A stretch of 64,000 nucleotides of DNA from Desulfobacterales bacterium (lineage in GTDB: Bacteria > Desulfobacterota > Syntrophobacteria > B119-G9), in assembly GCA_026983715.1 (NCBI GenBank), contig JALSTM010000042.1:14594-78593 (forward strand), written 5' to 3'. The stretch's first letter is position 1. Each line of letters opens with the position of its first letter. A model generated the notes under the pieces. It was given only the letters and a program-made list of their open reading frames with translations. It searched no databases and was not told the DNA's origin. The translations under genes were made by a program, and so were the position numbers. Below, piece after piece: positions 1 to 10,339 of the stretch.

Positions 1-317
1 TAACTTCTCCTATTCGAAAAAAAAGCTTGTCAGGAATGTGAATATCTTTTTCCACAGAACCTTTTCCGGCACTAAGGAGTTCCGACCAGTCCCAAGAATA
101 GTTTCAGTCCTGCTTGAGACAAACGACGAATACTTGAGGGTTTTTACGCAATAGAGACATTATCTACTTACAATATCTCAATAAACAGGTAAAATAGTCA
201 AGTTTTTAATTAAGATAGTTTGGAAAGGGAATCACAGTGGAGAAAAACGTGTTAAATGGCACAAGTATTCGTTCAGAATCGACGAAACTTACCTAACCAT
301 CAAATTTGCAGAAGGAA

Positions 318-2723
318 CTATTCCGGCAACCTGGCTTTAAATTGTTTAAGAATTCTTTTCACCATCCGCATATGGAGATCATTAACCTCTTCGTCGGTAA
401 GATTTCTATCGGGAGCCCTGTAGGTGAGCCTGTAGCCGATGCTTCTCTCATGGGGTTTTAACTTTTTCCCTTCATAAACATCGAATATATCGACACTTTC
501 GAGGAGTGGTTCTCTGGCATCCAAAAGAGCATCTTTTATCGCCGTGGCAGGGATATCTTTGTCAATTACTACTGCAAGGTCCCTGGTGACGAAGGGGAAT
601 CTCGGAAGAGGCTTAAATTCAACCTTAGCCTTACTCAGATCATAGAGCATATTAACGGAGAGTTCAAAAACATAAACGGGTGTCTTGATTCCGAAATCTT
701 CTCCTACTTCCGAATCCAGAAGCCCGACACATCCAATAGTCTTGCCACCGACTCTGACAGATGCCGCTTCAGCAGGGTCAAGGTAAGGTGCAATATTTTC
801 ACTTGAGAACCCTGGTTCCAATTTCAACGAATCAAAAATAGCCTCGATCTGTCCTTTAACATCGTAGAAATCAATCTGGTGTTCCCTGTCGTACAAAAGA
901 GTACTTTCTCGGGAACCAGTGAGTGCTCCCACCAGAAAGTACGGTTCATCCGGCAGTTCCTTATTTTTAGCTGGAATGAAAACCCTGCTCAGCTCAAAGA
1001 GCCTCAAATTCTCGTTTTTCCTGTAAATATTTCTTCGTATAGTTTCGACCAACCCGGGCACAAGGCTTGTACGCATAACTGCCTGTTCTTCACTCAGGGG
1101 GTTTTTTATTTTTACAACATTGTAGTGAAAATCGCCTTCCGGATACCTGAGTTTACTTATAAGCTCTTCGGATATAAATGAATATGTGACGAGTTCATTA
1201 AAACCAAGTGCTGATAAAATATCCGCTAGCCTATTGCGAAAAAGCATAAATTCATCAGGCTTGGGGGTATCAAGAGGCGCTACCGGTACAGAAGCCGGAA
1301 TCTTGTCATACCCCTTCAATCGAGCCACTTCTTCGAAAAGATCAACTTCCCGGGTGAGATCACCCCTAAAAGTGGGAATAGTTACGTCCATCTTGTCTTT
1401 GTCCAGCACCTTAACCTTAAGTTCAATAGAATCAAGCAATTTTGCAGCTTCCTCAACCTCCACCTGCATACCCAGAAAAGATCCGGCCTTGCTTGCGCTC
1501 ATTGCTAAAGTCACCGGTTTGAAAGGTTTCGGATACTGGTCAACGTATCCCGTGGCAAGACGTCCTCCACCAACTTCCAGCATCAGTTGGGCCGCGCGAT
1601 CAAGCGCCTTTATTACCCCCTCGGGATCCACCCTACGCTCGAACCGGTAGGAAGATTCGGTGCTTATTCCAAGTTTCTTGCTAGTACGACGTATAGAATA
1701 CGGATCAAAAAAAGCGCTCTCGATCAATACATTCTTGGTAGTTGGCTGAATTTCAGAGTTTTCGCCGCCCATGATACCGGCAAGGGCAACCCCTTTTTCG
1801 CCATCACAAATGAGAAGCATGTCACTGTCAAGCACATGCTCTGTTCCGTCCAGAGTCACAAAGCGCTCGTTATCCATAGCCGTTCGAACCACGATTCTCC
1901 GCTCATACAATAGGTCAAAATCAAACGCATGGAGAGGCTGACCATATTCCATAAGCACATAATTTGTCACGTCAACTATGTTATTAATGGACCGCAAACC
2001 TACGGCTTCGAGCCTTTTTTGCAACCAAGCAGGTGAAGGTTTTATTTCAACTCCTTCTATTACTCTTGCGGAATATCTTGGGCATCTAGCAGCATCGAGA
2101 AGAGTCACGGAAGTAAGCTTTTCAATTGGAGGGCCCGTCTCTTGAAGCTTAATAACAGGATACTTGACCCTTTTCCCTGTCAAGGCAGCCACCTCTCGGG
2201 CAATCCCAAGGTAGCTGAGGCAATCTCCACGATTGGGCGTTATAGCTACTTCCAGTATTGTATCATCGATTTCAAGGGCTTCGGCAAGACTCGTGCCGGG
2301 TTCAAAATCACCCCTGATTTCAAGGATTCCCGAATGATCGTCTCCTATGCCAAGTTCTTTTTCAGAACAGATCATTCCCTTCGATACCTGCCCCCTTATC
2401 TTTACCTCCTTGACTTTCATTCCATCGGGGAACTCGGTACCAATTTGAGCAAACGCCACCTTCTGGCCCTCGTAAATGTTTGGGGCACCACAGACCACGG
2501 GGAGTATTTCCTTACCGTCGTTTACCTGGCAAACCTTGAGCTTATCTGCATTGGGATGGGATTCTATTTTTTCAATCCTGGCAACGATAACGCTTTCAAG
2601 GTGGGGGTAGAGCGGCTCAACGGATTCAACTTCCAAACCCGCCATGGTGAGAAGCCTTGCAATTTCATCGGGACTTACATCGATATCAACATAGTCCTTC
2701 AACCAATTAAAACTAACTAGCAT
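318..2723 (-). CDS. pheT: phenylalanine--tRNA ligase beta subunit
   Basis: 801 aa. The N-terminus MLVSFNWLKDYVDIDVSPDEIARLLTMAGLEVE is the canonical PheT start, and the tRNA-binding, B3/B4 and B5 region order is typical. It lies directly downstream of pheS in the conserved operon. Confidence 0.95.
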   Translation of the reverse strand: MLVSFNWLKDYVDIDVSPDEIARLLTMAGLEVESVEPLYPHLESVIVARIEKIESHPNADKLKVCQVNDGKEILPVVCGAPNIYEGQKVAFAQIGTEFPDGMKVKEVKIRGQVSKGMICSEKELGIGDDHSGILEIRGDFEPGTSLAEALEIDDTILEVAITPNRGDCLSYLGIAREVAALTGKRVKYPVIKLQETGPPIEKLTSVTLLDAARCPRYSARVIEGVEIKPSPAWLQKRLEAVGLRSINNIVDVTNYVLMEYGQPLHAFDFDLLYERRIVVRTAMDNERFVTLDGTEHVLDSDMLLICDGEKGVALAGIMGGENSEIQPTTKNVLIESAFFDPYSIRRTSKKLGISTESSYRFERRVDPEGVIKALDRAAQLMLEVGGGRLATGYVDQYPKPFKPVTLAMSASKAGSFLGMQVEVEEAAKLLDSIELKVKVLDKDKMDVTIPTFRGDLTREVDLFEEVARLKGYDKIPASVPVAPLDTPKPDEFMLFRNRLADILSALGFNELVTYSFISEELISKLRYPEGDFHYNVVKIKNPLSEEQAVMRTSLVPGLVETIRRNIYRKNENLRLFELSRVFIPAKNKELPDEPYFLVGALTGSRESTLLYDREHQIDFYDVKGQIEAIFDSLKLEPGFSSENIAPYLDPAEAASVRVGGKTIGCVGLLDSEVGEDFGIKTPVYVFELSVNMLYDLSKAKVEFKPLPRFPFVTRDLAVVIDKDIPATAIKDALLDAREPLLESVDIFDVYEGKKLKPHERSIGYRLTYRAPDRNLTDEEVNDLHMRMVKRILKQFKARLPE

Positions 2724-2765
2724 TGCTACTTCCTGCCTTATTGCCCAATGTATTGGTATAGGTCA

Positions 2766-3770
2766 TTAGAATTGCTGGAGAAAACGTAGATCGTTATCGA
2801 AAAAGAGGCGTAAATCGTTTATGCCAAGTTTGAGCATCGCTATCCTTTCGATACCCATGCCAAAAGCGAAACCTGTCACCTCGTCCGGGTCGTATCCCAC
2901 CATCTTGAAAACTTCAGGATCAACCATACCAGAACCAAGAATCTCTAACCACCCCGTGTGCGAACACACCCTGCAGCCGCTACCTTTACAAATGACACAC
3001 TGTATGTCCACCTCCGCACTTGGCTCGGTAAAAGGGAAAAAACTGGGCCGGAACCTCAGCCCAATATCTTCCCCGAACATCTGGTGGACGAATACCGTCA
3101 AAATTCCCTTCAAATCCCCAAAGGAAACATTTTCCCCGACCATCAACCCTTCCACCTGGTGAAACATGGGGGTATGGGTCAAATCTGAATCTCTCCGGTA
3201 AGTCTTTCCAGGAGCGATTATTCTGAGTGGCGGCTTACGTTTCTCCATCACCCTCACCTGGATAGGTGAAGTATGAGTACGCAAGACCACGTTGTCACTA
3301 ATGTAAAAGGTATCCTGCATGTCTCTTGCTGGATGTTCTTTAGGTATGTTCAAAGCCTCGAAATTGTAGTAATCAAGCTCAACCTCAGGCCCCTCAACGA
3401 TGTCAAACCCCAGGCGCTGAAAGATTGCACATATTTCCCTTGATATTTTAGTAATCGGGTGCAAAGTCCCTACAAAGGGCTTTCTTCCGGGTAGGGTGAC
3501 ATCAAGTTTTTCTCTGCGACTTTCAGCTTTCTTGATTTCTCTTAAAGCTGACTCAAGCTCTTTTTCAAGGGTGGCCTTCGTTTCATTAAGCAGCTTTCCG
3601 ATCACCGGGCGCTTTTCTTTCTCTATCTTACCGAGTTCTTTAAAAAAACCCGTAAGAATACCCTTTCTTCCCAGAAACCGTACCCGCAATTCTTCCAACT
3701 GCTGGGACGTTTTTGCCCCGGCTAAAAGTTGGCGTGCCTCGTTAAGGGCTTCCTTGATCTTATTTTCCAT
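2766..3770 (-). CDS. pheS: phenylalanine--tRNA ligase alpha subunit
   Basis: 334 aa. Class II aaRS core motifs are present ([23 protein letters not shown]) and the gene sits immediately upstream of pheT. Confidence 0.95.
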   Translation of the reverse strand: MENKIKEALNEARQLLAGAKTSQQLEELRVRFLGRKGILTGFFKELGKIEKEKRPVIGKLLNETKATLEKELESALREIKKAESRREKLDVTLPGRKPFVGTLHPITKISREICAIFQRLGFDIVEGPEVELDYYNFEALNIPKEHPARDMQDTFYISDNVVLRTHTSPIQVRVMEKRKPPLRIIAPGKTYRRDSDLTHTPMFHQVEGLMVGENVSFGDLKGILTVFVHQMFGEDIGLRFRPSFFPFTEPSAEVDIQCVICKGSGCRVCSHTGWLEILGSGMVDPEVFKMVGYDPDEVTGFAFGMGIERIAMLKLGINDLRLFFDNDLRFLQQF

Positions 3771-3788
3771 TTCCGTAACAGACCAACC

Positions 3789-4142
3789 CTAAGCCGCTTC
3801 TTTAACCATAGTTACAAGCTTCGCGAAGCCCTCCGGATCATGGACAGCCAGGTCCGCCAGAACTTTTCTGTCGAGATCTATCTCCGCCTTTTTCAATCCG
3901 TGCATAAAGGTGGCATAAGTAAGCCCATGTTGACGTGCTGCAGCATTTATACGCACTATCCACAGACTTCTGAAGGCTCTTTTTCTAACCTTTCTGTCCC
4001 TGTAGGCGTATGACAAAGCCTTGGCGACCCGGTTTTTGGCGGTTCGAATCAGCTTACTGTTCCCACCCCGGTAGCCCTTCGCAAGCTTTAGGACTTTTTT
4101 TCTCCGTTTTCTTGATGCAACGCTATTCTTAGCTCGTGGCAT
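3789..4142 (-). CDS. rplT: 50S ribosomal protein L20
   Basis: 117 aa, [26 protein letters not shown] is the signature L20 N-terminus. Located in the infC-rpmI-rplT operon. Confidence 0.95.
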   Translation of the reverse strand: MPRAKNSVASRKRRKKVLKLAKGYRGGNSKLIRTAKNRVAKALSYAYRDRKVRKRAFRSLWIVRINAAARQHGLTYATFMHGLKKAEIDLDRKVLADLAVHDPEGFAKLVTMVKEAA

Positions 4143-4232
4143 GATTTCTCACCTCTAGATAATTTCTCTGTTCCCTAGCATATGGAACTTGATGGATAAA
4201 GTTTCCTACCTAGCAATGGTCAAATATAACAG

Positions 4233-4427
4233 CTACATTCCCAGCATTCTTTTGACTCTTGTCATGTCAGATTTTGCAACAACAGTTGGCTGTCGAAGTC
4301 TTCTTTTTCTCTTGGAATTCTTCTTCGTAAGGATGTGGCTCTTGTTTGCCTTAACTCGCATTACTTTCCCACTTCCCGTAACCTTGAATCTTTTTGCTGC
4401 ACCTCGATTTGTCTTTATCTTAGGCAT
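4233..4427 (-). CDS. rpmI: 50S ribosomal protein L35
   Basis: 64 aa, highly basic, [21 protein letters not shown] is typical of L35. Positioned between infC and rplT. Confidence 0.93.
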   Translation of the reverse strand: MPKIKTNRGAAKRFKVTGSGKVMRVKANKSHILTKKNSKRKRRLRQPTVVAKSDMTRVKRMLGM

Positions 4428-4596
4428 TTATGTTCCTCCGTATCATATTTACGGCACAGATTTCCATGTGCGACCCGAAGTCGGTTACGATAATTATAAA
4501 GGGCTGCCATGTCAAGACTTTTTTGTCTCAACGGAGCAGCCCAACCTTTATTGATTTAGACGAATTGTATGATTTTTAAGGGCGCCTCGGTGTGAA

Positions 4597-5115
4597 TCAC
4601 GTTTTTGGAGCCAGTATCATAACCATGTTCCTCCCTTCCATTTTGGGAGGTTGTTCCACAACACCGAGATCCTTTACCTCCTCGATTACCCGCTGCAAAA
4701 CTTTCATCCCGGGTTCAGTGTAACTAATCTCCCGGCCTCTGAACATGACCGTCACCTTCGCCTTGTTCTTTTGACTCAAGAAACGCTTAATGTGGCGAAT
4801 TTTGAACTGAAGATCGTGTTCATCGGTCTTGGGGCGCATCTTAACTTCTTTTACCTGGATAAAAGTTTGCTTTTTCTTGGCTTCCTGGCTTTTTTTACTC
4901 TGCTGATACTTGTACTTCCCATAATCCATTATCCTGCAAACAGGCGGATTGGCATTAGGAGCCACCTCTACGAGGTCAAGTCTATAATCTTCCGCCATCT
5001 TGAGAGCCTCCTCCAGCGGCATAACTCCCACCTGCTTACCATCAGGATCAATTACGCGGACTTCCGATGCTCGAATTTGACGATTCACATTAACCCTTTT
5101 CGTTATGACTACCAC
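4597..5115 (-). CDS. infC: translation initiation factor IF-3
   Basis: 172 aa. The IF3 N- and C-domains are recognisable (…IRASEVRVIDPDGKQVGVMPLEEALKMAEDYRLDLVEVAPNANPPVCRIMDYGKYKY…). The true start may be a non-AUG codon (AUU is common for infC) near the annotated Met. Confidence 0.9.
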   Translation of the reverse strand: MVVITKRVNVNRQIRASEVRVIDPDGKQVGVMPLEEALKMAEDYRLDLVEVAPNANPPVCRIMDYGKYKYQQSKKSQEAKKKQTFIQVKEVKMRPKTDEHDLQFKIRHIKRFLSQKNKAKVTVMFRGREISYTEPGMKVLQRVIEEVKDLGVVEQPPKMEGRNMVMILAPKT

Positions 5116-5152
5116 CTCCTTGAGCTATTCGGATCAAATAAAGACCCTACCA

Positions 5153-7084
5153 TTAAACAAGTCCTATAGTTCCCCCGGACAGGGAAAGACATTCCTCTTC
5201 TATCATCTTGATAAAGTCTTCGGCAGACATCATATCGAGCTGCTTTCCGTCACGAAGCCTCGGTTTTACTTTCTCAGCTTCCACCTCATTATCACCTACC
5301 ACAAGCATGTAAGGTATTTTCTTAAGTTGAGCTTCCCTGATCTTGTAACCGAGTTTTTCATTTCTAGAATCGAGCTCAACCCTAATCCTGGCATCCTTGA
5401 GCTCTCTATAAACCTTTTCCGCAAATGGGATATGCCTGTCAGTTACCGTCAAAACTACCGCTTGCACTGGAGCCAGCCAGGTGGGAAACGCCCCCGCATA
5501 GTGTTCTATTAATACCCCGAGAAATCTCTCAAGAGCTCCAAGAATTACACGATGTACCATAACAGGACGATGTTTCTGGCCATCGGGACCAATGTATGTC
5601 AAATCGAAACGCTCCGGCAACGTAAAGTCACATTGGATCGTTGCGCACTGCCATCTCCGATCAAGGGCATCCTTTAACTTGACGTCTATCTTGGGACCGT
5701 AGAAAGCCCCTTCACCGGGGCATATGTCGTAGGAAATTCCCTTTTGCTTCAAGGCATTTTCAAGGGCACTGGTAGCACGCTCCCAGTCTTCGTCAGTTCC
5801 TATGGATTTTTCAGGCCTGGTGCTAATTTCCATCTCATACGGGAAACCGAAAATATCCATGGTGTGGATCACGAAATCGATTATGCCTATGATTTCATCA
5901 TTGAGTTGCTCCGGAGTACAAAGTATATGCGCATCGTCCTGCGTAAATTGACGTACTCTCAACAAGCCATGCAAAACCCCGGATTTTTCATGCCTGTGGA
6001 CCGTACCGAGTTCAAAATATCTTATGGGAAGATCGCGATATGATCTTATCTGAGATTTATAAATCAGCATGTGAGCCAGGCAATTCATCGGTTTGATGCC
6101 ATAAGATTGGCCTTCAATCTCTGTAAAATACATAAACTCCCGGTAATGATCAAAATGACCCGATTTTTTCCAGAGCTCTGTTTTTAGCAAGGTCGGGCCA
6201 ATGACAAGCTCATACCCCCTTTTCAAATGTTCCTGTTTTTCAAAAGTTTCAAGAATGTGCCTAATCATTGCCCCCTTGGGATGATAGATAACCATCCCTG
6301 CCCCCACTTCATCGCTAAAGCTGAAGAGATCTAATTCCTTTCCGAGGCGTCTGTGATCCCTTTTTCTAGCCTCCTCCAGGTGGGCAAGGTACTTTTTAAG
6401 AGACTTTTTATCCGGAAAAGCCGTGCCGTAGATCCTCTGAAGCATCTTGTTTCGCTCATCACCTCTCCAGTAAGCACCGGCTAGGCCTGTTAACTTAAAA
6501 GCCTTGACATACCCGGTACTAGGAAGATGAGGACCCCGACAGAGGTCAATAAAAGAACCCTGCTTGTACAGAGAAACCGTGTCCTCGTCAAGTTCTTCCA
6601 GTATTTCAACCTTGTAGGGATCATTTCGCTCCTTGAAAAATTCAATAGCCTTGTTCCTGGGCATCTCAATTCGTTCGAAGGGCAAATCAGCCTTTACGAT
6701 CTCGCCCATTTTTTTCTCTATCTTTTCCAGGTCTTCAGGGGTAAAGGTGTGAGGGCTATCAATATCATAATAAAAACCGTTTTCAATGGACGGACCTATG
6801 GCCAGCTTGCTACCTGGGTACAGTTCCTGTACCGCCTGGGCCATGACGTGAGATGCACTGTGCCTGAGGATATCCTTTCCTTCCTCAGAATCAAGCCTAA
6901 CTGGTTCTATTTCGGTATCTTTCTCAACAGGAAAGTTTAGGTCCACGAGACTACCATTCACCCTGGCAGCAACGTATTGCCCACCCTTGCCACCGGTAAA
7001 GGCATCAATAATTTCGCTTACCTTTGTACCCCTCGGGAAATCTTTCTCAGATCCGTTTTGAAATCTAACCTTTATCGCTTCCAT
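5153..7084 (-). CDS. thrS: threonine--tRNA ligase
   Basis: A ThrRS TGS domain begins at [16 protein letters not shown], followed by the class II catalytic core and an anticodon-binding domain. The 654-aa ORF in the track begins at an upstream TTG; the ATG at 7084, preceded by purine-rich AGAGAAGAGGG, is the likely start. Confidence 0.93.
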   Translation of the reverse strand: MEAIKVRFQNGSEKDFPRGTKVSEIIDAFTGGKGGQYVAARVNGSLVDLNFPVEKDTEIEPVRLDSEEGKDILRHSASHVMAQAVQELYPGSKLAIGPSIENGFYYDIDSPHTFTPEDLEKIEKKMGEIVKADLPFERIEMPRNKAIEFFKERNDPYKVEILEELDEDTVSLYKQGSFIDLCRGPHLPSTGYVKAFKLTGLAGAYWRGDERNKMLQRIYGTAFPDKKSLKKYLAHLEEARKRDHRRLGKELDLFSFSDEVGAGMVIYHPKGAMIRHILETFEKQEHLKRGYELVIGPTLLKTELWKKSGHFDHYREFMYFTEIEGQSYGIKPMNCLAHMLIYKSQIRSYRDLPIRYFELGTVHRHEKSGVLHGLLRVRQFTQDDAHILCTPEQLNDEIIGIIDFVIHTMDIFGFPYEMEISTRPEKSIGTDEDWERATSALENALKQKGISYDICPGEGAFYGPKIDVKLKDALDRRWQCATIQCDFTLPERFDLTYIGPDGQKHRPVMVHRVILGALERFLGVLIEHYAGAFPTWLAPVQAVVLTVTDRHIPFAEKVYRELKDARIRVELDSRNEKLGYKIREAQLKKIPYMLVVGDNEVEAEKVKPRLRDGKQLDMMSAEDFIKMIEEECLSLSGGTIGLV

Positions 7085-7282
7085 CCCTCTTCTCTCTCGC
7101 TCTCTTTTTAACACCAACTAAAAAAAAAGCACCTTAGGAGACCGATCCGAAGGCGCCTTGGCAGGGTCAACTTACAATTCGGCTACTTTTTTTAACAAAA
7201 CCAAACTATGATGTGATAGATATTGAATCAATATAGGTTCTTGTAAAGACCGAAACTATCAGTTAATCAAGTAATAAAAAAA

Positions 7283-7357
7283 TGGTAGGCACGGGCGGTT
7301 TCGAACCGCCGACTTCTACCGCGTCAAGGTAGCGCTCTCCCCCTGAGCTACGTGCCT
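7283..7357 (-). tRNA. tRNA-Val (anticodon GAC)
   Basis: The reverse complement folds as a canonical cloverleaf: AGGCACG|TA|GCTC|AGGGGGA|GAGC|G|CTACC|TTGACGC|GGTAG|AAGTC|GGCGG|TTCGAAA|CCGCC|CGTGCCT|A|CCA. It has a 7-bp acceptor stem, a TTCGAAA T-loop and an encoded CCA. On the minus strand it is followed by a T-run. Confidence 0.85.
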
Positions 7358-7440
7358 CCACTCAGCTTAACTTGTATAATCTCTAACAATTCACGAAAAA
7401 AGTGTCAAGAAAAAAGAGAGCTTTAGAGTAGATTCGCGTC

Positions 7441-8469
7441 ATGAATAAAAACAGAGGAATACACATCATAAGCGGCTTTCCGGGAAAGGATTTTGGTCCT
7501 GAATTGAAATACTTGATCAGTGATATCGGCGTAGGGGGATTAATATTTTTTAGCGACAACATAGAAAATCCTCTTCAACTGGCAAAACTCTGTACCCGCA
7601 TTCAAAAACACGCATTAGGCGTCCTGGATCGCCCTCTCTTTCTAATGATTGACCACGAAGGAGGGAGGGTCCAGAGGTGTGGAAAACCGTTCTTTTTAAT
7701 TCCCGCTGCATCTGAAATTGCCAAAAGTGGTATCGATCCCAAGAAATACCCGGAAATCGCTGCCAAGGAATTGAAGCTGGTTGGTTTGAACGTGAATCTC
7801 GCACCTGTTGCCGATATAGAACCACGTTCACCCCACCAGTTTCTTCGGGGGAGAACCTTTGGGGACAACCCCGAAATCGTTTCCCGATACGTATTGGGTG
7901 CATTGCACGTTTTTATTCAAAATAGTATCATACCAACAGTTAAACACTTTCCCGGGTTGGGAGAAGCAGTCCAAGACCCTCATGAAACCCTCCCAGTAAT
8001 AAGACGCAACCTTGCCGAAATCATGAACTGGGAACTGGTTCCGTTTGCCAACGCAATAAAGGCTGGTTGTCCGTGTATGATGACTTCTCATGCTCTTTAT
8101 CCCGCAATTGATGAAAAGCTACCTGCCACGCTTTCAAGAAAAATAATGGTAGAACTATTGAGAAAACAGCTCGGGTATGCTGGCGTTGTTATTAGCGATG
8201 ATCTTGAAATGGGGGCAATTTCCAAGTTCGGAGATCTTGAAATAGTCCTTGATCTTGCCATGGAATCGGAAAATGACTTTTTGCTTTTCTGTCATGACAT
8301 AGACCTCGTATCGAGGGCACAGGAATTTTTAAACAGTCACATGGGTTACGAGAAGTTCACAACTTACCACATAGATTCCCTCCCTCGCATAGAACAGCTG
8401 TACGGTCTGCTGGACAAAAATAACATCATTCCCGACATTGAAAAAGTAAAAGAATATTTCAAATTATGA
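7441..8469 (+). CDS. glycoside hydrolase family 3, beta-N-acetylhexosaminidase (NagZ-like)
   Basis: 342 aa. The GH3 N-terminal domain is recognisable from LMIDHEGGRVQR, KHFPGLGEAVQDPH and VISDDLEMGA. Confidence 0.75.
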   Translation: MNKNRGIHIISGFPGKDFGPELKYLISDIGVGGLIFFSDNIENPLQLAKLCTRIQKHALGVLDRPLFLMIDHEGGRVQRCGKPFFLIPAASEIAKSGIDPKKYPEIAAKELKLVGLNVNLAPVADIEPRSPHQFLRGRTFGDNPEIVSRYVLGALHVFIQNSIIPTVKHFPGLGEAVQDPHETLPVIRRNLAEIMNWELVPFANAIKAGCPCMMTSHALYPAIDEKLPATLSRKIMVELLRKQLGYAGVVISDDLEMGAISKFGDLEIVLDLAMESENDFLLFCHDIDLVSRAQEFLNSHMGYEKFTTYHIDSLPRIEQLYGLLDKNNIIPDIEKVKEYFKL

Positions 8470-8567
8470 TCAGTTAGCACCGGTGACATTAAGAAACTCC
8501 TTGGAATTTCAATTGCATTTTGGTAGGAACAAAACTTACAATTTCTAAGGGAGACAAGGAGAACTGA

Positions 8568-9563
8568 ATGGTGGAAAAAAGAAGAATTCTTAGCGGAATG
8601 AGGCCTACCGGCCGTTTGCACCTGGGTAATTTTCACGGAGCCCTTGTGAATTGGCTACAGTTACAAGAAGAATACGAATGCTTCTTTTTCGTTGCGGACT
8701 GGCATGCTCTTACCACAGATTACGCCAACCCCGAATTTATCAAGGAAAACACTTACCAGATGATAATTGACTGGTTAAGTGTGGGGTTAGACCCCGAAAA
8801 ATGCACCATTTTTATCCAGTCTCAGGTGAAAGAACACGCAGAACTTTACCTACTCCTGGGAATGATAACTCCCCTCGCCTGGCTGGAAAGGAACCCAACA
8901 TATAAAGAAATCCAGGCAGAACTGCACCAGAAAGACCTTGCAACGTACGGATTCCTGGGATATCCGGTACTTCAGGCAGCAGATATCATTATATATCGTG
9001 CCAATGGCGTACCCGTGGGAAAAGATCAGTTACCGCACGTTGAGTTAACCAGGGAAATAGCACGTCGTTTTAACTACCTTTACAAACAGGCCATTTTCCC
9101 TGTACCAGAACCGCTCCTCACTGACACTCCCCTGCTTCCGGGACTCGATAACAGGAAAATGAGCAAAAGTTACGACAACTGCATTTACATTTCAGAAACT
9201 AACGAGGAAACCGTTAAAAAAGTAAGCAGAATGTTTACCGACCCGAAAAGGGCTCGTCGTTCCGATCCGGGAACACCGGAGACATGCCCTGTTTATGCCT
9301 ATCACAGGTTGTATAACGAACCGGAGCGCACAGAAAACATTGCTTCTCTTTGTAAAGAGGCCAAAATAGGCTGTGTCGAATGCAAAAGAGAGATGGCCGA
9401 AAAACTGGTAGAAGCGTTGAAGCCCACTCGGGAAAAAAGAGAGTACTATGAAAAAAACCCCGATAAGGTTAAAAAAATAATAGAAGAAGGGACGGAAAAA
9501 GCCAGGTCTGAGGCACAAAAAACCATGGAACTGGTTAGAAAGGCCTTAACTCTTGCTGACTGA
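8568..9563 (+). CDS. trpS: tryptophan--tRNA ligase
   Basis: 331 aa. A class I HIGH-type motif (GRLHLGNFHGAL), a KMSKS motif and the overall TrpRS layout are present. Confidence 0.95.
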   Translation: MVEKRRILSGMRPTGRLHLGNFHGALVNWLQLQEEYECFFFVADWHALTTDYANPEFIKENTYQMIIDWLSVGLDPEKCTIFIQSQVKEHAELYLLLGMITPLAWLERNPTYKEIQAELHQKDLATYGFLGYPVLQAADIIIYRANGVPVGKDQLPHVELTREIARRFNYLYKQAIFPVPEPLLTDTPLLPGLDNRKMSKSYDNCIYISETNEETVKKVSRMFTDPKRARRSDPGTPETCPVYAYHRLYNEPERTENIASLCKEAKIGCVECKREMAEKLVEALKPTREKREYYEKNPDKVKKIIEEGTEKARSEAQKTMELVRKALTLAD

Positions 9564-9586
9564 AGGTCGCATCTGCCATAATAACC

Positions 9587-10339
9587 ATGAACGGCACACC
9601 GGTGCGTTTACAGAAAATAATCGCCAGAAGTGGCAAGGCTTCGCGTAGAGACGCGGAAAAACTCATCCTTGCTGGGAGAGTCACATTAAACAATGCAATA
9701 GTTACGGACCTGGGAACAAAGGCTATCCCGGGAATTGACATTGTCAAGGTTGACGGGAGAGAAGTTCGTTTTGAGGAACTAACATATGTTCTTCTGTACA
9801 AGCCAAGGTTCTGCGTAACCACGTTAAAGGATCCTCGCAACAGATACTGCGTTGGGGATATTTTAAAGAAATGGCACGTTAGACTCTACCCTGTGGGGAG
9901 GTTGGACTACGATGCCGAAGGCTTGCTTTTCTGCACAAACGACGGAGAACTATCTTACAGGCTACAGCACCCTAAGTTCGGGGTAAAAAAGACTTACGAG
10001 GTAAAACTTTCGGGCAAACCCTCTAGACGGATGTTGAAACAGCTTTTAAAAGGGATAAAACTGAAAGAGGGAATCGCCAGAGCAGATAGAGTTGAAATTG
10101 TAAGGCATACCAGCAAGAACTGCTGGATACTACTGACATTACACCAGGGATGGTACAGGCAAATAAAGCGAATGGGGCAAGCAATAGGCCATCCCGTACT
10201 TAAAATCAAACGTGTGGGGTATGGACCATTAACCGTAGGTGGTCTTAAAGCCGGTGAAAGCAGAGTTCTGGCAGATAGTGAAGTCATGAACCTCTATGAG
10301 GAAGTGGGGCTCCAATATGGGAAAAAAATTGACGGTTGA
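9587..10339 (+). CDS. RluB/RsuA-family pseudouridine synthase (S4 domain plus catalytic domain)
   Basis: 250 aa. An N-terminal S4 RNA-binding region (RLQKIIARSGKASRRDAEKLILAGRVTLN) is followed by the catalytic motif GRLDYDAEGLLFCTNDGEL. Confidence 0.8.
   Translation: MNGTPVRLQKIIARSGKASRRDAEKLILAGRVTLNNAIVTDLGTKAIPGIDIVKVDGREVRFEELTYVLLYKPRFCVTTLKDPRNRYCVGDILKKWHVRLYPVGRLDYDAEGLLFCTNDGELSYRLQHPKFGVKKTYEVKLSGKPSRRMLKQLLKGIKLKEGIARADRVEIVRHTSKNCWILLTLHQGWYRQIKRMGQAIGHPVLKIKRVGYGPLTVGGLKAGESRVLADSEVMNLYEEVGLQYGKKIDG

Noticed and set aside
879-2720. Several 100–190-aa ORFs in the track on the strand opposite pheT (879–1181, 1186–1650, 1587–1913, 2142–2720)
   Set aside because: They lie entirely antisense within a well-supported, conserved pheT reading frame. 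They have low-complexity Ser/Arg/Pro-rich translations and no start or ribosome-binding context. They are shadow ORFs.
7085-7117. 11-codon N-terminal extension of thrS ([11 protein letters not shown]) given in the ORF track
   Set aside because: It begins at a TTG, and the translated peptide is just the purine-rich Shine-Dalgarno region (AGAGAGCGAGAGAGAAGAGGG). The conserved TGS-domain start MEAIKV at 7084 is the real start.
7118-7282. Possible attenuator or terminator hairpin upstream of thrS (aaggcgcctt palindrome followed by a T-run on the minus strand)
   Set aside because: The palindrome gives only a 4-bp stem with a 2-nt loop. No stable stem-loop could be built by eye, so it is not called.
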